Assembly: GCF_006345805.1 (NCBI RefSeq)
Contig: NW_021833023.1
Coordinates: 16,342-80,341 of the forward strand
Source of the DNA: Octopus sinensis
Taxonomy: Eukaryota
DNA length: 64,000 nt
Direction: 5' to 3'
Position numbers and translations under genes: made by a program. Numbering within the stretch: position 1 is the stretch's first letter; every line of letters starts with the position of its first letter. The notes under the pieces are model-generated. The model ran no database searches, had not been told where the DNA came from, and saw nothing but the letters and a program-made list of their open reading frames with translations. This document shows positions 53,601-63,389 of this stretch, piece after piece.

Positions 53601-56600
53601 TGACAAAGCTAATTTACTTTATTCTTCGTTATTTTCAAAACTAATTAAAACAAAAGAAGAATATTTGTGTTGAAATACTTTGGCTTGATGTAAATTTGTA
53701 ATCCTGAAATAGAAGCTGGAGATTTTGAAGCAGTTGTTCAAAATTATCTTCTTTTTCTTGTAGCGTGACCAAATAACATTTAAAGTGAAAGGTTTTCGGG
53801 TGACATCTGGAGCAAAGACAAGGAGCGCAAGAAGGATGCTGAATGGCTGCAAGAACTGAAACAAACAGTAGTCTGTCCAAAATAGGCAGAACTAGTCATT
53901 TCAGTTAGGGAAATGAAAGAAATCAGCAAAAAAATTAGCAACTGGAAAGCACCGGGACCAGATGGGGTTTAAATCTACTGGAACAAAAGTTTTGGTGAAT
54001 GTCATGCCCGAATAGTTGCGCAACTCAACACTTGGTCAAATGCTGACAAAGTAATACCAGAGTGGTTGACATTTGGTAGGACAGTGCTGTGCCTGAAAAA
54101 CATTGGAAAAGGCAATACAGTAGACAATTACAGGCTGATATCCTGTTTGCCACTTATGTGGGAATTATTGACTGGAATACTCGCAGAGTCAATGTATGAA
54201 CATCTGGCAAAAAATGGAGTCCTGCCACATGAGCAGAAGGGTTGCAAGCGTAAGTGCAGAGGTACCAAGGATCAACTCCTGATAGATAAAACTGTGCTCA
54301 GAGACTGCAAGAGGAGGAAAAGTAACTTAGCCATATCATAAGGCGTACGATATGATCCCACATTCTTGGATTATGGAGTGTATGAACCTATTTGGTATTG
54401 CATCGAATGTTGAGCGATTGTTTGGAGAAAGTATGACGAATTGGAGGATGGCCTGACAAGTTTAGGGTCAGTAGAAATTAGGAGGGGCATCTTCCAAGGG
54501 GACTGCTTGTCCCCACTGATATTTGTACTGTGCTTGATACCACTAACACTGATTCTTAGGAAAGCAAAGGCTGGGTATGTATCCAAAAGCCGCCAACAAA
54601 ATGTCGACCATTTGTTATTCATGGATGACCTCAAATTTTATGGTAAAGATGAAGCCTAAGTCAGTTCCCTTGTTGATAGGGTGTATGATTTCAGTGCTGA
54701 TATCAGAATGGAGTTCAGATTGAGAAAGTGTGGTGTGTTAGTCTTGAGGTGAGGCAAAATCAAATGTATGGACGAGCTATCGATACCATCAGGGGATGTT
54801 ATGAAGCAGATAGAAGAGACGGGCTATAAGTTCTTGGGTATTTTGGAAATGGATAAATTGATGGAAAAAGAAATGACAGAAAAATTTAGGGAGGAGTACT
54901 TGCACAGACTGAGTCTGATCCTTAAGTCGAAATTAAATGGACAGAATAAGATTGCAGCTATCAACACCTGGGCAGTTTCACTCCTTAGATATGGAGCAGG
55001 AGTAATCGCATGGACAGTAGACGAACTAAACAGCTTAGACAGAGAGACAAGGAAGTTGCTAACTAGATATGGGGCACTCCATGCAAAAAAGTGACACAGA
55101 CAGACTGTATGTAGCAAGAAAAAGAGGGGGAAGAGGACTTATTGGATGCGAGCACAGCATTAGAGCAGAAGAAAACAACATAGCATGGTATGTAAACAAT
55201 GCTATGGAACTGCTATTATTAGAAGTAAGAAGGTCAGGCTTGTGTAGGATGAAAGATTGCAAAGATAAAGCACTATACAAAAAATTGAAAATGAATGAAA
55301 CTGAAAATAGGTGGGTTAAAAAGTAAAATGCATGGTCAATTTCATAGGGATGTTGAAGATAAGACAGACAGAGAAAAATGATGGCTGTGGATGACTAAAA
55401 GTGATTTAAAACCAAAAACAGAGACACTAATCTGTGCTGCCCAAGAGCAAGCACTAAGAACAAACTACATAAAATACAGAATAGACAACACAGCAAAAAG
55501 TGATAAGTGCAGAATCTGTGGACAAAACGGTGAAACCATATGGCATATTACTAGCCAATGTACACCACTAGCCCAGAAGAAATATATGAGACACCATGAC
55601 AATATAGCCAGGCTTGTCCATTGGACACTTTGCAACAAGTATGGATTTCGTAGTCAGTCCTGGTTTAGGACTAATGTTACTGTAATTTAGTCCCAGGAGA
55701 TATTGTCTCCAGCTGGCTATACGACACAATCTGATGAGATACAGTTTGGATTTGTGTCAGGCAAGAGCACAACTGATGCTATATTCATAGTTAGGCAATT
55801 TAGGAGAAATAGAAAGCCAAAGATAAACCCCTGTATCTGGCTTTTGTTGACATGGAGAAAGCCTTTGACAGGGTCCCCCACTCCCTTATCTGGTGGTCAA
55901 TGCAGAAGCTAAAGATAGATGAGTGGTTGGTGAGTGCTGTACAAGACATGTACATGGATGCTATAGGTAAGGTGAAGGTTAGAAACAAGTATAGCCAAGA
56001 ATTCAGGGTAAAAGTAGGAGTTCACTAATGATCAGTCCTCAGCTCCCTCTTGTTCATCATAGACCTCCAGGCAATAACAGAGGAATTTAAAATGGGCTGC
56101 CCCTGGGAGTTTCTCTATACCGATGACATTCTTCATATAGCTGAATCACTACCTGAACTAGAGAAGAAATTTTAAGTGTGGGAGCAAAGTCTTGAATCAA
56201 AGGCCTTAGAGGATTTTAGCAAGAACCAAAGTCTTAGCATGTAGAAGAGCAGACAAATCACAAACCCCTTCAGGTTCTGCTCAATCTATAGAAACGGTGT
56301 AGGTAAAAACTCCATAAAATGTACCCAATGCACGTTGTGGGGCACATAAGAGGTGCATCAATATCAGAGGAAGTTTAACAGGAAAATCAGTTTTTGTGTC
56401 TGGCAGAATCACAGGTAGAGTTAAATTCCAGCGGGGTAAACTAGAAGTAGCTGATAACATCCATTACTTAGGTGACCAGGTCGGTAGTGGGAGTGGAAGC
56501 TCTGAGAGCATAGCCGTGAGAATACGAATAGGCTGGGCTAAGTTCAAGAGCCCTTACCCCTGCAAGCAACAAAGGGCCTCTCTCAGTGAAAGGCAGATTT

Positions 56601-59600
56601 ATGAAGCCTGTGTGTGAACAGCCATGCTACATGGGCTATAACAGCCAAGGACATGTGTAGGCTTGAGAGAAATGAAGCCAGTATGCTTTGCTAGATGTGC
56701 AATGTCAGTGTGCATACATGGCAGAGTGTAAACATCTTGAGAAAAAAACTTAACCATAAGAAGCATCAGATGTGGTGTGCAAGAGATACGACTGTGCTGG
56801 TATGGTCATGGGATACACATGGACAAGGACAGCTGTGTGAAGAAGTGCCACACACTCTAATAGTGGAGGGAACCTGTGAAAGAGACAGACCCAGGAAGAC
56901 ATGGGATGAGGTGGTGAAGTATGACCTTAGAACATTGAGCCTCACAGAGGTAACCAAGACCTTTGGCGATATGCTGTGTTTGAAATGCCTCATCAAGCCA
57001 AGTGAAATCATAGTTAGACCTCACAGAGACAGTGACAAGTGACTGAGAGCTTTGGTAATATAGCATGATTAAGAAGACTTGTTAAACCAAGTGGGCTCAT
57101 AGATGTGGTTGATGCCAGTATTGTGTAACTAGCACCCATGCCAATGGCACGTAAAAAGCACTACTACACACTTGAAGGGGTTGGTGTTAGGAAGGGAATC
57201 CAGCCATAGAAACCATGCCAAATCAAATTGGAACCTGGTGCAGCTCCCCAGTAAATGATGATGACGATGGTGGTGGTGGTGGTGGTGATGGTGATAATGA
57301 TGATGATGATGGTGATGATGATGATGATGAGGAGGAGGAGGAACATGATACAATGCACAACAAATACGTCAACCAACCTTTACTATTTCTGTGTCTTTAG
57401 GGAAAACAACAAAGTAAACATCTTTGATATCGTATTTTCGAGGTGACTCTTTGACTGCTTCATACATAGTTCCAGGTAGTTTTTCAATGGGATATTTCAA
57501 TACTCCAGCTCCTAATATAGGAAATGCAAGGCTTTTTGCACTAAGACATGAAGCAGTTCCTAGACAAGTGTTTACCATGCTAGTCAAGTTTCGCAATATC
57601 TGAAAAAATAATTGTTTAGTAATTGATAATTCACATTTTATTAAATTATTTTCTTATTACAGGAAGAAATCATTAAGTTGTAATGAAAATATTCTTTCAG
57701 TTCTATATTTAAGAGAGGAGGAATTATGTACATTATTAACATTTGACAGATATTTGTCCTCATTTTGTTTGTTGTTAACAACGTTTCGGCTGATATACCC
57801 TCCAGCTTTCATTAGGTTTCTTGGGGAAATTTCAAACCTGGGTTCTCATTCCTAAAGTATTTTTCGATGTTGTTGTTATTATTACTATTATAATTATTAT
57901 TGTTGTTGTTGGTGGTGGTAGTGGTGTTGTCATCGTTGTTGTTGTTGTTCAGGTCACTGCTTGGAATCGAACTGAGAATTTTGGTGTTAATAGCCTGCAC
58001 TCTTAACCACTATGCCATATGCCCATGGACTACTAACCCTAAGATTCCGAGTTTGATTCCAAGCAGTGACCTGAACAATAATAATAATAATATAATAATA
58101 ATAATAATAATAATAATATAATAATAATAATATTAACATTGAAAAATACCTTAGGAATAAGAACGCAGGTTCAAAATTTCCCCAAGACACCTGATGAAGG
58201 CCGGAGGGTATATCAGCCGAAACGTTGTGTTAACAACAAACAAGATGAGGACAAATATCCATCAAATGTAAATAATGTAAGTGATGAATATATTCTTTGA
58301 TCAACACATTGCACATGGAATTTGTTGTTTCAAACAGAAATGTTTTACAGATTCAAATAACATTAAACAACTTCTAGTGATTATTGGATTAACAGATCAT
58401 GTGGTCATTGGATTAACATGGATCATGTGACAGAAGGATCAACACAGATCATGTGATAGCAGGAAGTCTGGTCTGAGTGAAGATATGGATGCCGTGAATG
58501 GAAAGAGAAATGTTCCAAGATTTGGTGGTTGCACAGTGTAATTCAGGTGGAATTTTGTAATTAACAAAAAAAATAATAGGGAAGAGGAGAGATTAATTAT
58601 TATTTACAAGAGGGAAATCTGGGTGAGAACATACTGCAAGAAGCAACAAAACCACCCACAAGGCAGGGCGCCACAGGCACAAAAGACTCTACACTGCACA
58701 CAAGAGACTATGGTTGAGTCGAAATGTTCAGGGAATATCTACAATAGAGTCTACATCAATTTCAAACAACCAGAATCCATGCTTTGGAAATTGTACAGAA
58801 TACCACAACACCAGACTGTCACACTGTAGCCCATACTGTACATCAGTGGACATCAAAGTACATGCTACTGTCCTGAAGCAGACGGAGGTGTTGTATGACT
58901 GGAAAAACACATCTGTGGATTGTGCATAGTTTTATGGACAATTCCGTTCATGCCACAGGGATGCTGGATCAATGATAACCTAGGGTTGTACAACAACTCT
59001 TTCAATAAATCAATATCATATGATTGATACTTACTGAATCAGAGGAATTTTCATCCCAGGGAGGTAATGCCAGATGAATTACATTCTTACAGTTGAGGTT
59101 ATATCCTTTAGTGACGGCTATTTCAGATGTAGAAATACCTCGAGGATATTTCTGGTAACATTCATCTTGTATCTGTGGACCAGCAGCTTTGAGAATAAAT
59201 TTGGAGATAGAACCATCATTAAGCTGGAGCCGTTCATTGGTGCTGTTAACGATGACATCAACCTACAAAAGTAATTAATGGTAAACAACTAAGGAACATT
59301 TCATGGAGAGAAGAGAGATACATTGTTGCAGTTGATATTGTTGTTAAGAAAGGCTCTACAGAATGGCTGTAGTAAGTTTGAGGTTGTTAAAGTTAGCAAA
59401 AGATATACTCAAGATATCAGATGTGAAGGAAATGAAATGTTTGAGTTAGATTGAGAAAATGTTTTAATTAACTGTAATGATTCCTTATTTGGAAATGAAA
59501 TAACAATTAAATATAAATAGGCTACATTAATCTGTTTACTCACAGATGCATTAGAAATTGAACCAATCATTAAGTTTATTTTAATGCCAGCATTTTCTCC

Positions 59601-59680
59601 GGAATACATATTAGTTCTGGGTATGATAGAGACTGTTTTCTGTTGTGGACCAGGAAAGGATGGGCTTGATAATTTAGTTT
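19771..59680 (-). CDS. PARP14: PARP14/PARP15-like macro-PARP (mono-ADP-ribosyltransferase), 3' portion; spliced CDS join of exons 59680-59544, 59262-59035, 57599-57378, 53289-53235, 47889-47699, 31002-30633, 25458-25325, 24542-24365, 20039-19771; 5' exons not identified
   Basis: All nine exons have AG acceptors, the eight internal junctions have GT donors, and phases match (0,0,0,1,0,1,0,1). The 1784 coding nt read open to TGA at 19773-19771. Domain order is macro, linker/KH-like, WWE, ART, as in the PARP14 C-terminus. Exact orthology is inferred, not tested. Confidence 0.9.
20159..20487. repeat. Near-perfect palindrome (164-bp arms, 1-nt loop at 20323)
   Basis: The arms are reverse complements apart from two single-base indels. 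Confidence 0.95.
20540..21715 (-). mobile_element. RTE-family 3'UTR/SINE-like copy containing an expanded 123-bp (61+62) tandem array at about 20700-21715
   Basis: (GAT)n tail at about 20540-20560 and the AGGAAGGGCATCCAGCC motif shared with the RTE 3' ends in this window. About 17 subunits carry the motif ATGGTGCTTTTACGTG. Confidence 0.85.
22644..22777 (+). ncRNA. Putative type I hammerhead ribozyme with a long helix II insertion (PLE terminal-repeat remnant)
   Basis: Helix I ATCT/AGAT (extendable), CTGAAGA 22652-22658, helix II GGCC/GACT (3 of 4 pairs), GAAAC 22759-22763, loop ATCT, GTA cleavage triplet. Confidence 0.55.
23096..23367. mobile_element. Small MITE-like element with about 62-bp terminal inverted repeats
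   Basis: ATCAACAACTTATAAATAAGGG...GCCGAAGTTGGA is mirrored at 23305-23367. Possible TA TSD. Confidence 0.7.
24365..24542 (-). CDS. PARP14: PARP exon: ART domain with catalytic His ([10 protein letters not shown]...LWHGT...[14 protein letters not shown])
   Basis: Acceptor cctttctacag, donor gtaagt. IERIQN, HGT and GFNRSY.GKN motifs. Confidence 0.95.
25325..25458 (-). CDS. PARP14: PARP exon: start of ART domain (VTPDTWSPM...[22 protein letters not shown])
   Basis: Acceptor aactctag, donor gttagt. Has the P..W and EY..V...F pattern of the macro-PARP catalytic domain start. Confidence 0.9.
25590..26760 (-). mobile_element. RTE-BovB-like LINE 3' part with (ACT/GCT)n tail
   Basis: [42 protein letters not shown] and MSRAGLISH motifs. 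Confidence 0.88.
27140..27392 (-). mobile_element. Mariner 5' end fragment (TIR + start of transposase HTH)
   Basis: Starts at a TA run with TTGGGTCATCCCATAA and encodes [16 protein letters not shown]. Homologous to 50608-50900. Confidence 0.7.
27400..29010 (-). mobile_element. RTE-type LINE (abundant local family) RT C-terminus and 3'UTR
   Basis: [13 protein letters not shown] and [13 protein letters not shown] motifs, with the shared 3'UTR. Confidence 0.85.
29170..30220 (+). mobile_element. RTE-type LINE fragment with 3'UTR and (GAT)n tail, head-to-head with the previous copy
   Basis: GVHQGS remnant, WMCNVSVH, 3'UTR ending AAAACGATGATGAT. Confidence 0.8.
30633..31002 (-). CDS. PARP14: PARP exon: KH-like segment and WWE domain (VQWSYF...[17 protein letters not shown]...FDIKKM)
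   Basis: Acceptor ttttattttcag, donor gttcgt, 370 nt open. WWE signature W...LE.AY. Confidence 0.9.
31500..32250 (-). mobile_element. Penelope-like RT fragment
   Basis: [28 protein letters not shown] and [11 protein letters not shown] motifs. Confidence 0.75.
32620..33600 (+). mobile_element. Penelope-like linker + GIY-YIG fragment and 3' flank
   Basis: FPQPPILA and [35 protein letters not shown] motifs. Confidence 0.75.
33645..33805. repeat. (AAT)n microsatellite with GAT interruptions
   Basis: Directly visible. Confidence 0.95.
34920..37320 (+). mobile_element. CR1/L2-group LINE 3' end, split by the foldback element
   Basis: ...[16 protein letters not shown] / [16 protein letters not shown] rejoins across 35245-37171. 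Confidence 0.75.
35245..37171. mobile_element. Foldback-type non-autonomous DNA transposon (about 625-bp modular TIRs, about 670-bp spacer)
   Basis: TIRs at 35245-35867 and 36539-37171 start GGTTAATATAGGGCG. 8-bp TSD CCTCACAG (35237-35244, 37172-37179). Confidence 0.92.
37914..38174 (+). mobile_element. tRNA-derived SINE
   Basis: TAGCTTAGTGG A box, TTCGATTCC B box, 11-bp TSD TATTAGCTATT (37903-37913, 38175-38185). Confidence 0.85.
38990..39290 (+). mobile_element. Possible Helentron-associated (HINE/DINE-1-like) non-autonomous element
   Basis: (ACAA)n run followed by the terminal stem-loop TACCTCCGCC...GGTGGAAGTA. Partial homolog at about 34400-34470. Confidence 0.45.
39320..40345 (+). mobile_element. 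R4/Dong-like LINE 3' fragment
   Basis: [27 protein letters not shown] and IPVVIGALG motifs, then an (AAT/AAC)n tail at 40341-40378. Confidence 0.8.
40379..42040 (+). mobile_element. R4/Dong-like LINE, RT domain 5 to C-terminus, fairly intact
   Basis: [36 protein letters not shown] zinc knuckle, ANRPDIVV endonuclease (ORF 40834-41673). Confidence 0.92.
42050..42480 (+). mobile_element. CR1 LINE 3' end
   Basis: TRGHAYK...[17 protein letters not shown] with (ATT)n tail. A second copy lies on the minus strand at about 61600-62100. Confidence 0.85.
42665..45570 (-). mobile_element. RTE-type LINE, about 2.9 kb decayed copy
   Basis: [31 protein letters not shown] and GSETWTV motifs, shared 3'UTR and (GAT)n tail. 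Confidence 0.88.
45607..46790 (-). mobile_element. RTE-type LINE 3' end with degenerate 3'UTR subrepeats
   Basis: WMCNVS and GRGRLRKSW motifs, repeated GGTGCTTTT-type units. Confidence 0.8.
47699..47889 (-). CDS. PARP14: PARP exon: acidic linker and KH-like region ([12 protein letters not shown]...[23 protein letters not shown])
   Basis: Acceptor ttttatttcag, donor gtaagt, phases fit the neighbouring exons. Confidence 0.8.
48258..49290. mobile_element. (CAT)n tract plus two head-to-head RTE 3' fragments (48385-48755 minus, 48755-49290 plus)
   Basis: Both fragments carry the GRGRP.KT region and 3'UTR motifs. Confidence 0.75.
49300..50019 (+). mobile_element. Mariner transposon 3' part (DD34D catalytic region, pseudogene)
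   Basis: [33 protein letters not shown] and EGDYFEED-stop motifs. Right TIR ends CTCG-TA. Confidence 0.88.
50608..50900 (+). mobile_element. Mariner 5' end fragment
   Basis: Follows a (TA)n run; encodes [19 protein letters not shown]. Confidence 0.75.
51480..51727 (+). mobile_element. Meta-domain-like tRNA SINE
   Basis: 13-bp TSD TATATTCAAAGGT (51467-51479, 51728-51740). Confidence 0.85.
53235..53289 (-). CDS. PARP14: PARP small exon ([18 protein letters not shown]), end of macro helix
   Basis: Acceptor cttttaacag, donor gtaaat. Phase 0 in and phase 1 out bridge the flanking exons exactly. Confidence 0.75.
53775..55645 (+). mobile_element. R4/Dong-like LINE, RT through zinc knuckle, decayed
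   Basis: [36 protein letters not shown] and [18 protein letters not shown] motifs. Confidence 0.9.
55700..57350 (+). mobile_element. RTE-type LINE fragment with 3' end and (GAT/GGT)n tail
   Basis: [24 protein letters not shown] and RIRIGWAKF motifs. Confidence 0.85.
57378..57599 (-). CDS. PARP14: PARP exon: macrodomain C-terminal half ([15 protein letters not shown]...[10 protein letters not shown])
   Basis: Acceptor ttttttcag, donor gttggt. Matches the SIAFPAIGTG-type macro motif. Overlaps ORF 57369-57596. Confidence 0.92.
57729..58026 (-). mobile_element. tRNA-headed hammerhead element (copy 2, full head, mutated ribozyme core CTAATGA)
   Basis: A box TGGCATAGTGG, B box GTTCGATTCC, (AAC/AAT)n, hammerhead-like tail. 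Confidence 0.7.
58027..58279 (+). mobile_element. tRNA-headed hammerhead element (copy 3, 5'-truncated, inverted against copy 2)
   Basis: Begins inside the tRNA head (GGACTACTAAC) and carries the best-preserved ribozyme motif. Confidence 0.75.
58186..58231 (+). ncRNA. Putative minimal type I hammerhead ribozyme (PLE-type)
   Basis: Helix I GACAC/GTGTT, core CTGATGA, helix II GGCCG/CAGCC, GAAAC, palindromic ACGT helix III, GTT cleavage triplet. One extra A before helix II. Confidence 0.65.
59035..59262 (-). CDS. PARP14: PARP exon: macrodomain core ([35 protein letters not shown]...[20 protein letters not shown])
   Basis: Acceptor ttttgtag, donor gtaagt, 76 open codons. Carries the DVIVN, AAG and VIH macro motifs. 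Confidence 0.92.
59544..59680 (-). CDS. PARP14: PARP exon: linker and first strand of macrodomain ([45 protein letters not shown])
   Basis: Acceptor tttatttccag, donor gtgagt. [10 protein letters not shown] matches the macro beta-strand/GDI position. Confidence 0.85.
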
Positions 59681-59959
59681 CTGGAAATAAACAAATATCA
59701 GTGTGTCATCATCATGACCATCATCATCGTTTAACATCTACCTTCCATGCTGGCATGGGTTGGATCATTTGACAGGAACTTGCCAGGTAGAAGATGGCAC
59801 CAAACCTCTATGTTTTGGCATGTACAGAAGTCTGGTGCAGTTTTCCACCTGGCCACACACCTACTGGTGCAAGTTGAACAAAATGACATATAAAGACATA
59901 TAAAGACACATCCATCATAGCAAAAGTGAGGTCCTAAATGCATTGTGCTTATTCCTGTC

Positions 59960-60800
59960 CATGTTGGGCCCTACACTGACATTTGCCCATGTCAACCATA
60001 CCCTTCACCACATCTCATTTTCCTAACACCCATCCCTCCATTACACTTCTAACTATGGCCCTACTTTGTTGCTGTAAGCATTTGAGAGCAGAATCTGCAC
60101 AACACTTCTCACCCCTTTTCATTAATACCAGTTGCCTCTCTTTCATCATCATCATCATCTCCGTTCGTACAACCTTCCATCGATCATCCCTTTTTGCCCC
60201 TTCCCTAATCTTTCCCTTCCCACTCTTAGCTACATCTTAGTTTGCCATTCTTGATGTTTAACACTTCTATATGCATTTATTCCCAACGCCCTCTCACATC
60301 CGTTATCAATACTCCCTCCAATTTTGTCTCCCCACTCACTATAGCCATCCTCATGTATCTCTAACTCCCATCTCTGTCCCAGTTGATCATCATCATCAAC
60401 CCATCCCTTCCACTGTCACATCCTGTGCATCATCTCTGCACTTCCTTGTCTATGAATTTATGATTCTGCTGCTCTCCTCTGCTACTCCTACGTTGCTACT
60501 TGTCACTCCCTCCTACCCAAACCTCATCTAACTCTCACTTGCCCCACTCCATACAGATATTTGCCATCAACTCCACCCCAAACCATTGTTCCTCACTCAC
60601 TACATCCACCTCTAGCCCCATCACTAACCATCTGCCACGCCTCTCATCCCATATTCTTATGAAATTACCCTCTCTTTCTTACCTTCCTCATCCACATTCT
60701 ATATTCTCTCCCCATACACACATCCTTGCAAACTGAGAGTATGCACTTGCACCCTATGACCACCATCTTTCTCCCTTCCAGCTACTTTCATTCACTTTTG
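59960..60800 (-). mobile_element. Highly decayed LINE (probably RTE endonuclease region)
   Basis: C/T-rich degenerate coding remnant; only weak motif traces. Confidence 0.35.
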
Positions 60801-62089
60801 TAAAAAATATAAGCAAGTCGTGAATTTCCCCCATATCAAGACACCCCTACTTGACCCTCTATCAAACCTCTCCTACCCCGGATATAAAGCCACCTACCCG
60901 TCTCCCAAATTCACTCCCACCCACTTTCACAGGGCTCTTTCCATTCTTCACTTTCTATTACAAGTTACTTGGTGACCTTACTAGCACTGGGGTCATGGAA
61001 AAAGCAGCTTCCGGTCCACACTATGAAGTGCTTGGTAGTAAGAAGGGCAGCCAGCCATGGAAATCATGCCTAATGCATCTCACCAGATCCTGTCAAACTG
61101 CTTAACCCAAGCCAAAATGGAAGATGGACATTAAATGATGAGCAAGGCATATAAATTGTCTAAGACTCCATAAGAGAAATACCAGGCACTTGTACATTTG
61201 TCAACAGAGAAGTTACGTTAATCATAAAGTTTACAATATCTTAAGTAACACATCTGGTTGTGGTTGCTGTAGGAGACAGCTAGTGAAGGGACTCCATCAA
61301 AGGTTATGTCCCTGGCCCCAAATCCCTGAGTGAGAAATAACTGCCAGTAAAGTGGAGTTTGAGTGTGGGCAGTATGGAGTTGGTGCAGGAAGCAGGGACT
61401 TTGAAAGAGGACATGGGAAGGCACCCAAACCTTTAAACTCATGCGGATGCATATCTATGTGTTTATGTGCATATGGTTCGGTGTAGTCAGTATTGGACTC
61501 TTAGGTTGTGGTGTTGGAAAGACTGCTGGTGGAAATCGTAATGTTATGGTAGAGTTTGTAGATAACTGATCACATACTATTTTTCATGCAGGCATATAAT
61601 AATAATAATAATGAAATTATTGTATACAGTGCTCAGGTGCACCACAACTTGTCAAAAGTGCATATAAAGTATATGCAGTAATGTACAAATGTCTGGGAAG
61701 CGAACAGTGTATGAATCAGATACATGCTTGCGTGTGTATGGAGGGGAGAAAATCAGGTGTAGTATTGGCGAATCTCAGGAAGCATGGAAGTTTTGAAGGA
61801 TACAGTGCTCCGACAACTAACAACTGATACCGGCAGTTTGTTCCATGCTTCAGCAACTCTTAGCGTGAAAAAATGTTTCCGAAAGTCATGGGAATTGTGC
61901 TGTTTTCTGACTTTGTAAACATGTCCACGGGTGTTAGACAGATGAAGTTTGAAAAGGTGCTCAGAGTTATTGTTTGTAATATGGTTAATAATTTTATGGG
62001 TGTCTGCCAGGTCAGCTGCCAGACGTTGGAGTTACAATGTATCCATGCCCAGGGAAGTAAAACTCACCCTTGCAGTTTAGGCTTTAGTT

Positions 62090-62460
62090 AAGTGTCTGAA
62101 TGAAGAGAGTTCTTGAATATTGTTCTTTTCTAAGCAAGGTTTAACCTTCCCCGTCTGCTACTATTGAAGTAACGGTTGCACCTCCCTATCACTCTCTACT
62201 TGATGTTATAATCCATGGCATTTTTCTTCAATAACCATATGTGTCTAGCCAGGGTTGTGGCATTATGTCTCTCCTGGACATTAATGGAAATTTTTAGGAT
62301 TGTTAAATATGGTTCTGAAAGGACCTTTTGTCATACCCACATATTTCCACATATTCTTCTGCTTGCTAAAGTAATAGTCAAGTGATACTGAATGGAAATA
62401 AGTACAAGTTTTCACTGTATAATATGCTGAATAGTAATACAAAGACAGTTCATAATTACT
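62090..62460 (-). mobile_element. Penelope-like GIY-YIG fragment
   Basis: KYVGMTKGPFRT.FNN and NATTLARHIWLLK...YNIK.R motifs. Confidence 0.7.
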
Positions 62461-63389
62461 GAGAAAAAAATTAATAGAAACAATGAAAATGTCTTCTCAC
62501 AAAACTGACTGACACAGCTTTGAGAAGCACCGTAGGTTGTTCTAAGCAGAAAAAGAAAAGTGAGAACATCTGTGAAGTATCAGAGCTCATTCTGTCTAGA
62601 AATGCAAAATAAGAATTTTTATAATGCCCAGCAGGGTTTTCCAAAAAACGTTTGACCAGACTATTTGGTGGGAAAATTCCATTGCCCTTGGTTGTACATC
62701 AGCTGATCTGATTGGCCAAGCCATGTTCACAGAGGTGTTAGCGCCTTTCATAGTGGCATGATTTATTTTCCATAACTGGTTTTCCTTTGCTGACAATATG
62801 GTTCCATGCTGAAGAACCTGAGTGTGATGGTTCAAAACTCAGTAGGAGCCTAGCTATAAACTTTCAATTAATGAGGTAATGAATCAGCTCATTAAGTATG
62901 ATAATAACTATTAATTAATTTAATATTTACAATCAGATTACATTTATGGTTCTTTTTCCTAAAGTAATAATTGGATGTAACTTATGTTGTATCATCACAC
63001 ATGAGATGGTCATGGAAGACTACATTGATGAGTTAACTCCCCTCTCAAAAGACATTATTTTGGTTTATTGCAAGATGGTATTTTAGAATAATTTCTTCAT
63101 CACAAAGTCCAAAGCTCATCTCTTCAATTAGAAATTATAATGTTTAAGATAGTCTTTTAATAAGAATTACAACCAATTAGAATCAATATCAAGTTTATAT
63201 TTTTGGTTAGATTTTATGAGGCTTGGTTCAATTCTAAATCTAATATTTTTATTCTGTTTACATACTTTAACCCTCTTTAAGTCTTGTATTATAGATATCT
63301 GAACCTATTAGCAAATCCTAATCCAAATGGTACTGTAGTTCCCAGAATGCTGTTGCTTGGGAGTGCAAAACTGGAAGCAAGCAATCTTC

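Noticed and set aside
57955-58026. Functional tRNA gene
   Set aside because: Only the 5' head with A/B boxes is present, there is no 3' acceptor-stem partner, and the anticodon varies between copies, so it is a SINE head.
62596-62835. Possible upstream PARP exon
   Set aside because: No convincing donor with the required phase 1 and no PARP14-like motifs. Short candidates near 62510-62540 and 63260-63295 also failed.
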